Below, one piece after another: positions 34,150-44,054 of a DNA stretch of 64,000 nt; positions within the stretch are counted from its first letter, which is position 1; each line of letters opens with the position of its first letter. Origin of the DNA: a virus. The notes below the pieces were generated by a model. That model was not told the DNA's origin. It saw nothing but the letters and a program-made list of their open reading frames with translations, and searched no databases. The stretch covers positions 1-64,000 of IMG/VR virus record IMGVR_UViG_3300042090_000646; one strand, written 5' to 3'. The position numbers were made by a program, and so were the translations under genes.

Positions 34150-35004
34150 CTACAAGGTCTGATTGGGGTAATCGTTCCGCTCTGCCACCTGGAGCGAGCT
34201 TTGGACGGTCACGGTGAGGTTGGCCGTCACCAGGAAGGCGGGAATCTCAAGGGTCTCGAAATCCTCGCTCTCCTTGTAGGTTGCGACCGGGTCCGCCCAG
34301 CCAATGGCACGGGCCGCATCAAGCACCACCTCCATGGCGCCCCCGAGCCATGCGCCCAGGGCTGACCGTTCCTCAGGGGTGGCACACCACGCGACGATGG
34401 AGAGCTGGAGCGTCCAGAGCTTGCCCTTGGTGAGGCTGGTTTGGAAGTTGCCGCCCATGACTCCCTGCATCATGTTGCCGATGAAGGTGGAACATGGGTT
34501 CAGGCCGTCAACCTGGACATTGATGGCGGGCCAAGCGTGGGTGTCGCGGGGGAAGGCACGGGTCACCCGGACAACCTTGGACGGGAGAGGCTGGATGGTC
34601 GTGGCGACGTCCTGGATCCGGGCCACCACCCAATCGGCGTCCCAAGGGAACTCCCATGAGAAGGCGGCCTGGAGGTTGAACCCGGAGAGGCTGACTCCGG
34701 TGTCCCAGACCCCGGAGGTTTTGGTGAAAACGGTCAGGACCAGGCCGGCGGTCATTGGCGCCCCGAAGAACCCTGCCTGGGTTGTTCCGCCGGTCGGCTC
34801 GTCGCCCCAGGGCGGCGCTGCGAAGGTGGGAAGGGGGAGCGGAACTTGGACCAGGGCCGGGTTGGGGTCGTTGTAGGCGATGGCCGCGTCTGGGCCGACA
34901 AAGGCGGTGATGGCCTGGACCATGGCCGGGAGCAGAACCTCCACGATCCCGGCGCCGCCGATGGCGAGGGGAGTAAGGGTGATGGCGGAGGCTGGAAGGC
35001 TCAT
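34150..35004 (-). CDS. Virion structural protein (tail terminator-like)
   Basis: Context and composition only. Confidence 0.55.
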   Translation of the reverse strand: MSLPASAITLTPLAIGGAGIVEVLLPAMVQAITAFVGPDAAIAYNDPNPALVQVPLPLPTFAAPPWGDEPTGGTTQAGFFGAPMTAGLVLTVFTKTSGVWDTGVSLSGFNLQAAFSWEFPWDADWVVARIQDVATTIQPLPSKVVRVTRAFPRDTHAWPAINVQVDGLNPCSTFIGNMMQGVMGGNFQTSLTKGKLWTLQLSIVAWCATPEERSALGAWLGGAMEVVLDAARAIGWADPVATYKESEDFETLEIPAFLVTANLTVTVQSSLQVAERNDYPNQTL

Positions 35005-35873
35005 TCATACCCCGCGTCGTTGCTGGCATAGATGTCGAGGCATTGGGTCCCGGCAGCCTTTAGCCGATTGATCATGGCAAGGAGGAAGGCGTTGGTGACG
35101 TGGTTGGGGCCGATGGTTCCGTCGCCATTCCGCGTCAAAGGAATGTTGACGATGAAACAGCCCGCCAGGCTGCCGTTGCCAGAGGAGAAACCAGAAGCAC
35201 GGGCATCGGAGGACGGCGTGAAGTTGGCATTGCCGACCCGAAGGGTTTGGCTGCCTTTCTGGTCGTATCGCTTGTATGTTGCGGAGGCCGCATTCAGCAC
35301 CAGGACATGGGTGCTTGTTCCGTTGAGCCCAAAAAAACAGTCGAGGATCGCCGCCATCCCGAAATTGGTAATCGACGGCCGAGCGATGGTGGAGATCAAC
35401 CGCACAGCGTAGGCTGGGTCAGTCTCCGTGGTCCATACAGGAGGGGTGACGGTTGTGTTCCAGAAACTCCAGCGGGCATTGCCCAAGACGCTGCCCCAGG
35501 CATCCAGGTAAGGTCCGGCGGCCCCGGATGCGGTGGAACTGCCAGTCCCGAGGGTGGCCGGGGGTGGGACCAAAGCCGGTGCGGGGTCCAGGCCGGAGGG
35601 GTCGAAAGCCGTCCAGAGCGCGAATCTAGGGTCTGGGTTGGGCGCAGCGTAGGTCGGGCTGGAGGGCGCCTGAAGAGCGGGGGGGACCTTGGCGTTGACG
35701 CAAGCGGCACCTACGAAGAGTTGTTGCTCCAGCGTGGTCGCCTGTGCGTCCTGCCAGTCTCCAAGGAAGTAACTGGCAGCGGTGAGTCGAGCCAGGGCAA
35801 GCCCCGAGGTTGGTTCCGGAGGCGGAATCAACCGGAGGAGCCTGCTTAGGATCAACTGCTGCCCACTCGCCAT
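35001..35873 (-). CDS. Baseplate wedge (gpI-like) protein
   Basis: GPYLDAWG..R..ETDPAYAVR..INRLKAAGT. Confidence 0.7.
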   Translation of the reverse strand: MASGQQLILSRLLRLIPPPEPTSGLALARLTAASYFLGDWQDAQATTLEQQLFVGAACVNAKVPPALQAPSSPTYAAPNPDPRFALWTAFDPSGLDPAPALVPPPATLGTGSSTASGAAGPYLDAWGSVLGNARWSFWNTTVTPPVWTTETDPAYAVRLISTIARPSITNFGMAAILDCFFGLNGTSTHVLVLNAASATYKRYDQKGSQTLRVGNANFTPSSDARASGFSSGNGSLAGCFIVNIPLTRNGDGTIGPNHVTNAFLLAMINRLKAAGTQCLDIYASNDAGYE

Positions 35874-36000
35874 GAGCCTTAGCGTCGGGGAGGTGGCCAC
35901 ATGTTGGGCCAAACCCCCAGCAGTAGGTGGCCCCTATCCCTGGGCCTGCGAGTCTGCGCCGGGCGTTACCTGCGAAACCTGGACCATCAACGGAGGCGCT

Positions 36001-37785
36001 ATGCCCGGCAACATTGGTATTACCGTGGGCGGGACCCAGGTCGTGCGCCCCTCAGTGGTCAGCCAGATCAACACCTCCGCCATGGTCCCCACCAGCATCG
36101 GATCACCACAGATTCCTGGTGTGATCGGGGCTTTCGATGGTGGCATTCCCGGAATCGTCTACAACTTCACCAGCTACACCCAGGCGGCTGCCACCCTACG
36201 GGCTGGACAGGCTCTCAGCTACCTGAGTCGAATCTTCAATCCTGGTGGCGGCAAGCCAGGGGCCTCTGAGGTCTATGTGGTCAGGGCGGGCACCCCGACC
36301 CAGTCCACCCTGGTTTCCGGGTGCGGGATTACCTTCACCTCCCAGGACTATGGGATCCATACCAACGGCATCTCCATTACGGTGACCGGGGGATATTCAA
36401 CCCCTTGGACCGTCACTGTCGCTAAGCCTGCCGACAATTACCTGCGGACCTATAACGTCGGCAATGCCCTGACCCTGACTTCCTCTGCTGTGCTTCCGGT
36501 TCTCACCTTCAACCACGCGACCTGCCTCGCCACCATGACGGAGAATGGCGTGACGGTATCGACCCTGGCCTATCCCCCGGGAGCAGGCGTGACGGTCGCG
36601 AACCTGGTGTCATGGATCAGTGCCCGTGCTGGATGGACGGCGGTCCTTGCCCCGGGTGCCGATCCCACCATGCCTGTGCAATACATGGATAACCCGGTGG
36701 CCGGGTTCTCCATCCTCAGCACGGCCACCCAGGTCACTGCCTCCCAGGGTATGGCGATCTATGAAATCAATACCAACGACCAGCAAGTCACTGCATCTCT
36801 GACTACCGGAAGCATCTTCGGAACCCTCTCACCCGAGCCCTCGCTCCCCATGGCGGGAGGCACCGGCAACTCCATGACGGCTCTGGCTGTCAGCGGCGGC
36901 GTGACGGGAGGAGGCGATTGGGGCAATGCCCTGGCGGTCATGGATACCGTGGACTGCGCGGCCCTATTCTTTTGTTCATCTCTGGCTGCGGTCCAGGCCC
37001 TTGGCTACAACGATTGCGTCACGGAGCGGTCAATCACGCGCAAGAAATACCGGATCCTCTATACCGGGTCCGCTCCTGCTGGAGGCGTGACCGAGTCAGT
37101 CAACGTGGCCGCTACCACAGCTGAAGCTCCGCTCCTGGCTGGCCCGGTGGTCTATGCCTGGAATGGAACGGCAGGAATCAACCCCATGTCGGGTCTTACC
37201 GAACAGCTCGGCGGTCTGGGAACCGCGGCCCAGCTCTGCGGCCTGGCCTGCGGATCCGGTCCAGCCCAATCCCTGACAGGGCAATACATTTCCTCTTATG
37301 GGTTGGAATTTCCCAACCCTTCCGATCCCGACATCAACACCCTACTCCTGGCTGGCATTACCCCCATTGCCACCGATCCCACCACCGGCAACGCCGTGGT
37401 TGTCCAGGCGATCACTACCTATCAGGGGGGCTCCAATGTGTCCTTCCGCACCCTCACAGGTCTGCGGGTCCAGGACGCCATCTCGCGGATGTTCAACAGC
37501 ATCCTGACCCCCTTTGTCGGCTATCCCCTTGATCTGGTCACCGGCCAGCTCATCTATAGCGCCGCGCAGAAGGCTCTGGATGCCGCCACTGTTTCCGCTC
37601 AGAACCCGGACGGCTTCCTCACGCCGGGCTTCGTGAATGGCGGGGAAGTTCCCTCATGGACCAACCTGACCGTCACCACCGACGGCCTCCAGACCTGGTT
37701 CCTGGCCGTCCAGGCGCATCCGGTCTGCGAATCCGACTACATCAGCGTCCAGGTCAACCTGACTCCCGTCCCCATCAATTTGTGA
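36001..37785 (+). CDS. Tail sheath protein
   Basis: GGAGG RBS; RPSVVSQI N-terminus; SLT..LLLAGITP..VVQAITT. Confidence 0.85.
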   Translation: MPGNIGITVGGTQVVRPSVVSQINTSAMVPTSIGSPQIPGVIGAFDGGIPGIVYNFTSYTQAAATLRAGQALSYLSRIFNPGGGKPGASEVYVVRAGTPTQSTLVSGCGITFTSQDYGIHTNGISITVTGGYSTPWTVTVAKPADNYLRTYNVGNALTLTSSAVLPVLTFNHATCLATMTENGVTVSTLAYPPGAGVTVANLVSWISARAGWTAVLAPGADPTMPVQYMDNPVAGFSILSTATQVTASQGMAIYEINTNDQQVTASLTTGSIFGTLSPEPSLPMAGGTGNSMTALAVSGGVTGGGDWGNALAVMDTVDCAALFFCSSLAAVQALGYNDCVTERSITRKKYRILYTGSAPAGGVTESVNVAATTAEAPLLAGPVVYAWNGTAGINPMSGLTEQLGGLGTAAQLCGLACGSGPAQSLTGQYISSYGLEFPNPSDPDINTLLLAGITPIATDPTTGNAVVVQAITTYQGGSNVSFRTLTGLRVQDAISRMFNSILTPFVGYPLDLVTGQLIYSAAQKALDAATVSAQNPDGFLTPGFVNGGEVPSWTNLTVTTDGLQTWFLAVQAHPVCESDYISVQVNLTPVPINL

Positions 37786-37793
37786 GGTGACCC

Positions 37794-38210
37794 ATGGCCA
37801 ATCTGGCTACGCAGCAAGTTCTTGGTGGCCATACCGCCCGCATCCTCCTCAATGGAGTGGACGTGGGCTTCTGCCAGGGAGTCACCTGGAACGTGGATGA
37901 TGGCGTCCAGGAAGTTTTTGTGCTCGGTTCCGTCGAGGCCCAGGAACACCAGCAGACCCACTATTCCGTCAGCGGGGAGATTAATCGTTACTATATCCGC
38001 TCCAACATTGCCGACAGTTCCGCCCTTGGCGCCAGGACGGCTGCTGACCTGATCCGCACCGGAACCTTCGACCTACAGGTCGTGGACTCCACCAGCGGCC
38101 AGACTGTCGTCACGCTGGAGAGCTGCACCCTGGGGTCTCAGGGCAGCGGGATGCAGGCTGGATCCCTGGTCTCCCAGCGGTATTCCTTCCGCGCCCTTAA
38201 GACGAGGTAA
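37794..38210 (+). CDS. Tail tube protein
   Basis: 138 aa after sheath; GVDVGFCQGV..VLGS..EH. Confidence 0.85.
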   Translation: MANLATQQVLGGHTARILLNGVDVGFCQGVTWNVDDGVQEVFVLGSVEAQEHQQTHYSVSGEINRYYIRSNIADSSALGARTAADLIRTGTFDLQVVDSTSGQTVVTLESCTLGSQGSGMQAGSLVSQRYSFRALKTR

Positions 38211-38213
38211 TCC

Positions 38214-38621
38214 ATGGAAGAGATCACCGATCCCATCCTCCGCGAGGCCGCCGGCCTGGAACCCCTCCTGGCCGGAGTGGCCAAGGTGGGCGACAAGGAC
38301 CTCGTCAAGGCTCCCCGCTTCGAGTCGGACTTCGCCAGCCCTGCCTTCCCGCACCTCGACGGGCGGGTGACAATGCGCTATGCCAATGTGGGAGACACCC
38401 TGGCTATTGAGGCTCTGTCTCTCAACGGGGGGCGGTTCGCTGAGGCCATCGCCACGCTCCAGGTATGCATCGAGATCGCCCCGGCCTCCTGGTATCGGGC
38501 TTCTGTGGGAGGGGGGGTTCCCGTCCTGGATCTGTCCAAGATCCAGGACGCCGAAGCCCTGGTCGATCTCTACCAGGCATACTCCGGCTGGAGGGCCACC
38601 TTTCGACGCGGCGGTAAGTAG
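38214..38621 (+). CDS. Tail assembly chaperone (G-like)
   Basis: Position after tube; ends TFRRGGK at a candidate shift site. Confidence 0.7.
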   Translation: MEEITDPILREAAGLEPLLAGVAKVGDKDLVKAPRFESDFASPAFPHLDGRVTMRYANVGDTLAIEALSLNGGRFAEAIATLQVCIEIAPASWYRASVGGGVPVLDLSKIQDAEALVDLYQAYSGWRATFRRGGK

Positions 38622-38871
38622 GCTGATCTGGGACGAGCCATCCCCCCGCCTCCGAATGCTGTGGGAGGGCTCCAGGGCCCTGGGCCTTCACCCGTGGCAC
38701 CGGGAAACCCTTTCATTGGCCCCGCACCAGCTCTGGTGGGCCATGGTGCAGGCCCGCGAGGAGAAGGGGCTTGACCCCCGTCGGAAGCATAAGGAAGCCG
38801 TGGCTGACGCCAAGGACAAAGCGGTAGGCGGACTTCTCGCCTGGGCCGACACCCATATCTCCAGGAGGTGA
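38602..38871 (+). CDS. Chaperone extension (T-like), probably made by +1 frameshift
   Basis: +1 frame is open from ACC_TTT_CGA; internal ATG at 38656 lacks an RBS; stop overlaps the next start. Confidence 0.6.
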   Translation, partial: FDAAVSRLIWDEPSPRLRMLWEGSRALGLHPWHRETLSLAPHQLWWAMVQAREEKGLDPRRKHKEAVADAKDKAVGGLLAWADTHISRR

Positions 38872-39491
38872 CCATGTTCGATGCCCTGGCCTTCGACCAA
38901 CTTCTGGGTACTGCCGATTCTGGTTCTAGGCTTCGATGGGCTCAGGCCAGGCGGTGTGTGTGCTTCGACCAGGACGGTGGCACCAACCCATCCTGTCCGG
39001 TATGCAACGGCAATGCCTATGTCTGGGATAGTTGGAGCAAGGAATTCCGAGCCGGAGTCCTCGGGTTGACGGGTAGGCAGATTGAGAACATTTCTCAGCG
39101 TTTCGGGCCTGCTGCGGTGGGGGATGCCACTATCTCCCTGCCTCACACCTGTCCCCCATACCACACGGTCACCCAGCGCGACCGTTTCGTGGCCCTGGAC
39201 GCCACCGACACTGCCGAATGGAGCATAGTCCCCGGTGTGATTCTGACCCTTCCCTTCCAGGCAGTTCTGCTTGAGGCGCGGGTGATGTCCCTCGACGGCC
39301 TCTCGATTATCCCGGCTCCGGTCCCAGTGGCCGATGCCAACTCCCGCATTTCGGTCACCCAGGCTACCGTGGTCCGACTCCGGGCTCCCCGGCGCTACGA
39401 GGTGATCTTCGACCTTTCCCAGACGCGGGCCATCATGCCAGGGCTGCCCCGAAAGATGATGCTGAAGCTGGTCGATCTGAGTTTGAGGTGA
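38868..39491 (+). CDS. Head-closure/neck-type protein with Cys cluster
   Basis: CVC..CPVCNG; AGGAGG RBS. Confidence 0.65.
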   Translation: MTMFDALAFDQLLGTADSGSRLRWAQARRCVCFDQDGGTNPSCPVCNGNAYVWDSWSKEFRAGVLGLTGRQIENISQRFGPAAVGDATISLPHTCPPYHTVTQRDRFVALDATDTAEWSIVPGVILTLPFQAVLLEARVMSLDGLSIIPAPVPVADANSRISVTQATVVRLRAPRRYEVIFDLSQTRAIMPGLPRKMMLKLVDLSLR

Positions 39492-39494
39492 GCC

Positions 39495-41291
39495 ATGGGT
39501 GAATTCGTAAGAGATCTGAACGTCATGCTCCACATGGACGCCGATGTCTCGGAGGCCGAGAAAAAGGTCAAGGGTCTCCAGCAGCAAGCCAACCAGGGGC
39601 CTCTCACCTCGGCCTTGGGTGGCCTGGGGAATACAGCCACGAATGGAGGCGCCGGAGGCATGACCCAGGAATTGGCCAATGGCCAGATGCGGGATATGTT
39701 CCGGGACCTGATTAAGACCATGAGTGAGTTATCTAGCTCCATCAAGGGCAGGACGGCGAGCGGCGGCGGTGGTGGAGGGACAGGTCCAGAGGTGGAACCA
39801 TCTGGGCCATCCGGCCCGATTGGCGACCTTGGGCTTCCGGGATTGACGGGGAGGAAACAGCTCCAGGGATGGGAAGTCCAGCGCATGATCAACAATCCAG
39901 CGGGTTCCCTCTGGGGAATGGCAAATGCGGGCTGGATGGCCAAGGCCGGACGCTTGGCCATGGGCGAAGCAGGAGAAGGACTTGCCGGGCTTGGCTTGTT
40001 AGGGAGTGCCGCTGTAGCAGGAGGAGCCCTGGTCGGGGGACTGAAGATCGGCGACATGGTCAACCATGGAACTCTGTCGTCGGGGGAAATAGAGGTCCAA
40101 AAGAGGCTGCGGGACGCATCGCTTTCTGCCTCGGTGGGGCTGGACTTCCGTGGCCTAACCTTCAGCGATGACCGACTTCACCCTGGGTCCGGACTCGGCA
40201 CCGACTTCAACTACGAATATGCCCGTAATGGCCTCCAGGGGCTTGGCGTTCATCTCGGCGACATGGCGGATTCCGACCGAAACGGGATGCCTGGATTCAT
40301 GTCGAACATGGGCAGATGGTCGAATCGCATGGGCGTTTCCCAAGAAGGCGCAGCCGGTTTCATGGGACAGCTATGGGCCTCGGGGGCGGGTCCCAAAACC
40401 CTTGAAGGAGGCAATGCCCTCCTGAAAAATATTGAAGAGGCCATTAAGGTTGGGCATAGGATCGGGATTTCTGGCAATGAGACGATGCAGTCCGTTGCCG
40501 CGATGCTCCATATGGAGCAATCCAGGACAGGGACAGTATCGGGATCGGCCTTGAGCCATATTCTCAGCATCCAGGGTGGCCTGGGGTCAATGGATAAGCA
40601 TCTTTTCGGCGGCAGCAAATCCAATGATGTCATCGCCGCCGTGGGCACCAATAAGAACAGCATCCAACGGGCCGGGCTGATGGCCTATCTGATGGGAGCT
40701 GGAAAGGGAGAATGGGAAAATTTCAAGCATAGCCCTGCTTTGGATGGCCTAAACCTTACCGACTATGACAAGGCCACTATTATGGCCGATTCGCCAGATG
40801 TGACCAGGACGTATACCGACAGAATGCTCAGGGGTGACTGGAAAAACATGCCTCTCAGTGCTCAATCCTGGCTTTCTGGCTTGAATTCTGTCGACTCGAT
40901 ACAGAAACGATATGGATATATTGCAGGAGCAAGAGGACAGTTTAGGCATCCAGGTGGAGGTAAAGATGACCTTGGATCCAACTTTGATTCAGAACAGGCT
41001 GCTAGCGAGAACCTTACGGCATTTGGAGGTCAGGTGAAGGAGTATGCTGGATCCGGGGCCAGCACTGAACGACTTATGGGATTACTGCAAGCCGAAGCAG
41101 AAAAATCCAAATTAATCCTAGATGCAAGTATTAATTTCAATAAAGCAGTTCAAAGTTTCGCCAATACTGTAGGAGACTTGGTATTCGGCAGTTTCGTAGA
41201 TAGGGGCAAGGCTTTCTCTGCTATTGCCAATCCAGGAACCACCGTTGCAAATTTGGTAGCAGAGCAAGTGAAGGCGAAGCTGCTTAAATAA
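39495..41291 (+). CDS. Tape-measure-like protein
   Basis: Gly/Ala/Met-rich helical 598-aa protein after chaperones. Confidence 0.7.
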   Translation: MGEFVRDLNVMLHMDADVSEAEKKVKGLQQQANQGPLTSALGGLGNTATNGGAGGMTQELANGQMRDMFRDLIKTMSELSSSIKGRTASGGGGGGTGPEVEPSGPSGPIGDLGLPGLTGRKQLQGWEVQRMINNPAGSLWGMANAGWMAKAGRLAMGEAGEGLAGLGLLGSAAVAGGALVGGLKIGDMVNHGTLSSGEIEVQKRLRDASLSASVGLDFRGLTFSDDRLHPGSGLGTDFNYEYARNGLQGLGVHLGDMADSDRNGMPGFMSNMGRWSNRMGVSQEGAAGFMGQLWASGAGPKTLEGGNALLKNIEEAIKVGHRIGISGNETMQSVAAMLHMEQSRTGTVSGSALSHILSIQGGLGSMDKHLFGGSKSNDVIAAVGTNKNSIQRAGLMAYLMGAGKGEWENFKHSPALDGLNLTDYDKATIMADSPDVTRTYTDRMLRGDWKNMPLSAQSWLSGLNSVDSIQKRYGYIAGARGQFRHPGGGKDDLGSNFDSEQAASENLTAFGGQVKEYAGSGASTERLMGLLQAEAEKSKLILDASINFNKAVQSFANTVGDLVFGSFVDRGKAFSAIANPGTTVANLVAEQVKAKLLK

Positions 41292-41411
41292 GCACATAAA
41301 AAGGTGCAAAACGAGCCGAAAAGGGCAGACCAAGCAATATCGGCCTGATAACCCTTGAGGGGATGCCCTGCTCGACTCTCTGATCCATCAAGGTTGGGGC
41401 TGGAGGGGCCC

Positions 41412-41906
41412 ATGGCCACCATCGAACTGGCAATGCCGTTCCTGAAGAAACACGAGGGGGGATGGTCCAACCGGCGCCAGGACCGAGGTGGACCGACGAT
41501 GGAGGGCCTGACTCTGGCCGTCGCCCAGCGATATGGCATCATGACCGAAGAAGCCCTCCGCAACATCTCCGATGCCGACCTGATGCGGATTTACCGGGAC
41601 GGCTACTGGAAGTTCGACGGGGTCAATGACCAGCGTGTGGCCACCAAGATGTTCGACCTTTGTGTCAACTTCGGGGATGGCACAGAAATCAAGATGATCC
41701 AGGTCATCGTCGGCGTGAGCGCGGACGGTGTCTATGGCCCCGCGACCGAAGCTGCAATCAACGCCATGGATCCGGACCAGCTTATCCAGGATATCTCTGA
41801 TGCCGCCGTGGCGCGGTATGAGGAGATCGAGGGCCGGAACCCCAACGACGAGGAATTCATGCGCGGCTGGCTAATCCGCGCCAAGGATGTGCCCGATGCC
41901 GCCTGA
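41412..41906 (+). CDS. Endolysin, glycosyl hydrolase 108-like
   Basis: HEGGW..DRGGPT..IYRDGYW..FDLCVNFG..DGVYGPAT..FMRGWLIR. Confidence 0.9.
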   Translation: MATIELAMPFLKKHEGGWSNRRQDRGGPTMEGLTLAVAQRYGIMTEEALRNISDADLMRIYRDGYWKFDGVNDQRVATKMFDLCVNFGDGTEIKMIQVIVGVSADGVYGPATEAAINAMDPDQLIQDISDAAVARYEEIEGRNPNDEEFMRGWLIRAKDVPDAA

Positions 41907-42246
41907 GACTGATCCGTGTGCAACCCCGACGATTACCTCGACGACCCCTACGGTTACGGCTGGCCCTGGCCTGATCTATCGGATCTACGACGCCATCCGT
42001 GCTGCAATCCTGGGGATCCGAACCGGGTTCCGAACCGCGATGACGGAGCGGGACAATGTGACCCACGATCCCGCGAAGTGGAGCTGGCTCATCTCGACCC
42101 TCTCCGTCCTGGGGCATGATTACTACCAGCTCATCCACAAAGTTCCGGTCAATGTCAAGGATCTAGCCATCGCTCTGGCCGGCATTGCTGCCGCCCATGG
42201 CTTTGCCATCGGGGCAAAATCTTCCAGCGATCATCCACAGGGGTAG
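41896..42246 (+). CDS. Holin candidate
   Basis: Between endolysin and spanins; two hydrophobic segments. Confidence 0.5.
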   Translation: MPPETDPCATPTITSTTPTVTAGPGLIYRIYDAIRAAILGIRTGFRTAMTERDNVTHDPAKWSWLISTLSVLGHDYYQLIHKVPVNVKDLAIALAGIAAAHGFAIGAKSSSDHPQG

Positions 42247-42248
42247 CC

Positions 42249-42605
42249 ATGCTTCCGCTTAACGTTCTCCTCGCCAACCTCAAGACCTACGCCAATATCA
42301 TTATCGGAACGGTGGTGGTGCTGGCGGTGGTGTCCACCGGGGTCTACATTGCGGTACTCCGGCATGAGCGCAATATGGCCCGCGCCAAGGAGGCTGTCCT
42401 CCAGCAGGTAGTGGCCGGCTATGTCGCCGCATCCAAGGCCCTCCAGGTCAAGCTGGATGCCGCGGATAAGGCCCTGGATGATGAGGACGTTGAAAACAAG
42501 AAGCTCCTGGCCGACCTACAGGCATCCGTCCCCAAGAACCCGGCCGAGGCGAATGCCTGGGCCATTGCCGCCGCCCAGAAGATCGGGAAGGAGGCTCAGA
42601 GGTGA
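42249..42605 (+). CDS. Inner-membrane spanin (Rz-like)
   Basis: N-terminal TM followed by coiled coil. Confidence 0.75.
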   Translation: MLPLNVLLANLKTYANIIIGTVVVLAVVSTGVYIAVLRHERNMARAKEAVLQQVVAGYVAASKALQVKLDAADKALDDEDVENKKLLADLQASVPKNPAEANAWAIAAAQKIGKEAQR

Positions 42606-42608
42606 ACC

Positions 42609-42866
42609 ATGCGCTTATCCGTCCTGATCTTGTCCCTTTCCCTCCTAGCTGGGTGCAGCAAACCCCCGGTGGTATTTCCGTGTCCGCCCCCTCACCCCGT
42701 GACGCGACCTTCCCTGCGTGTCAACGCACTGACTGCCCAAGCTGCCCCAGATGCGGTCCTGGAGGCGTATGTGCTGGACCTCGCCGATTGGGTGGGCTAT
42801 TCCAAGGAGCTGGAGACGCTCTTGGACGCCTATCGCCCAGCACCGACCGTCGCACCCGCAAAGTGA
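42609..42866 (+). CDS. Outer-membrane spanin lipoprotein (Rz1-like)
   Basis: Signal peptide, lipobox LAGC, Pro-rich. Confidence 0.8.
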   Translation: MRLSVLILSLSLLAGCSKPPVVFPCPPPHPVTRPSLRVNALTAQAAPDAVLEAYVLDLADWVGYSKELETLLDAYRPAPTVAPAK

Positions 42867-43063
42867 TCGAATGCCCGGAGGAGACCCCAGCGGTTCCCAT
42901 CCGGGTGCTTCTGGCGGCCTCCTATCACGGGGCCGCATTGGAGGCATCAATGGCGATGCCCAAGGTCTCAGAGGTGGGGCTTGAGGCTGCTGTAGCGGCA
43001 ACCCTGAACTTCGCAAGGGGACTTCGGGCCCGCATGGAGGCGGGAATTGTCCGGGGAGTGTGA
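42863..43063 (+). CDS. Hypothetical protein
   Basis: GTGA overlap with o-spanin stop. Confidence 0.45.
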   Translation: MIECPEETPAVPIRVLLAASYHGAALEASMAMPKVSEVGLEAAVAATLNFARGLRARMEAGIVRGV

Positions 43064-43079
43064 GAGGGAGCACCAGGAA

Positions 43080-43625
43080 ATGCGCCAGGCCGCGACCGCT
43101 ACCCAGGTGGCATTAGCTGGCATGGGCAAAGAATTGGAGATGGTTCGCTCTATCCTCTCGGGCATGACCGGCATCCTCCAGGAGAATCTGGTCACCGTGG
43201 CCAGCCATGATAAGGCATCGCAAGACTGGCGGGAGACGCTTTTGGCCAAGGCTGAGAGTGCAGTTGCACGCATTGACCAGATCGAGCAGTCCCTGGTGGA
43301 AAGCAACCGCTTCCATGAGGAACAGGGGACCCTGGTAAGGGGCCTCCTTGGCCTGGAACAGGTCTCTAATCCCACTCCTCTAGCTCGGGACATTAAGGAA
43401 GTCCTGGCCATCGTTCGGGGAGCAAACGATCTTGACCCGGATACCGGTCGGAACACCTCCGGCTGGACATGGTGGGCTCCACGGTTCAAGGATGCCCTGG
43501 CGCATGGCGTAGCTCTGGCCGTGTTGGCCCTGGCTATTAATCTCCTCTTGCCGTATTTGAAGGAGGAGATCGGTTCGGGTCCCCATTTGGCGGTCCCAAC
43601 GGTGGCAAGTCCTTCTTCTCGGTGA
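43080..43625 (+). CDS. Coiled-coil protein with C-terminal TM
   Basis: ALAHGVALAVLALAINLLL; start uncertain. Confidence 0.6.
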   Translation: MRQAATATQVALAGMGKELEMVRSILSGMTGILQENLVTVASHDKASQDWRETLLAKAESAVARIDQIEQSLVESNRFHEEQGTLVRGLLGLEQVSNPTPLARDIKEVLAIVRGANDLDPDTGRNTSGWTWWAPRFKDALAHGVALAVLALAINLLLPYLKEEIGSGPHLAVPTVASPSSR

Positions 43626-44043
43626 TGCCAAGGGCATCTAGAGCATCGACAGTATCTTTGAGCCGATGTGAGTAGTCAATGGCTTTGGCAAGCTGACCAA
43701 GGGTAATTTCATTAGCCGTGAGAACTTCCCAGCCAACTATTAGATTGGCTAGGTCCCTGGATTGGGACAACAGGTGTTCCATGGCGTCCTCTTGGTCGGG
43801 AGCGATTTCATCCAGGAGACCGGGCGGGCCACCCAAAGATCCCGTCTCTCCTGTGAGAACAGAGTATTCAACTTTTAAAGCGTCGGCAATGGCATAAAGG
43901 GTTCCTTGATTGATCGGGTTCCCTGTTTCGAGCCGTGCGATAGTTGCTCGATGTTTTGATGTTGCAGCAGCAAGATCGTCCTGCGTCATGTTGCGACGAG
44001 TTCTCGCTAGCTTCACTTGTTTTGAGACATATTTCCAATCCAT
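43537..44043 (-). CDS. XRE-family repressor (CI-like; no S24 peptidase domain seen)
   Basis: VKLARTRRNMTQDDLAAATSKHRATIARLETG..IADAL; AGGAGG RBS; divergent from early operon. Confidence 0.85.
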   Translation of the reverse strand: MDWKYVSKQVKLARTRRNMTQDDLAAATSKHRATIARLETGNPINQGTLYAIADALKVEYSVLTGETGSLGGPPGLLDEIAPDQEDAMEHLLSQSRDLANLIVGWEVLTANEITLGQLAKAIDYSHRLKDTVDALDALGITEKKDLPPLGPPNGDPNRSPPSNTARGD

Positions 44044-44054
44044 CCTCGCCTCCT

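Noticed and set aside
32900-35910. Invertase-switched tail-fibre cassette
   Set aside because: No recombinase gene, no alternative fibre C-terminus, only a weak catgtgggcc/ggccacatg similarity at the edges
21690-41410. Common late-promoter motif (aggtggc or ccctg) upstream of structural operons
   Set aside because: Matches too short and inconsistently spaced to support by eye
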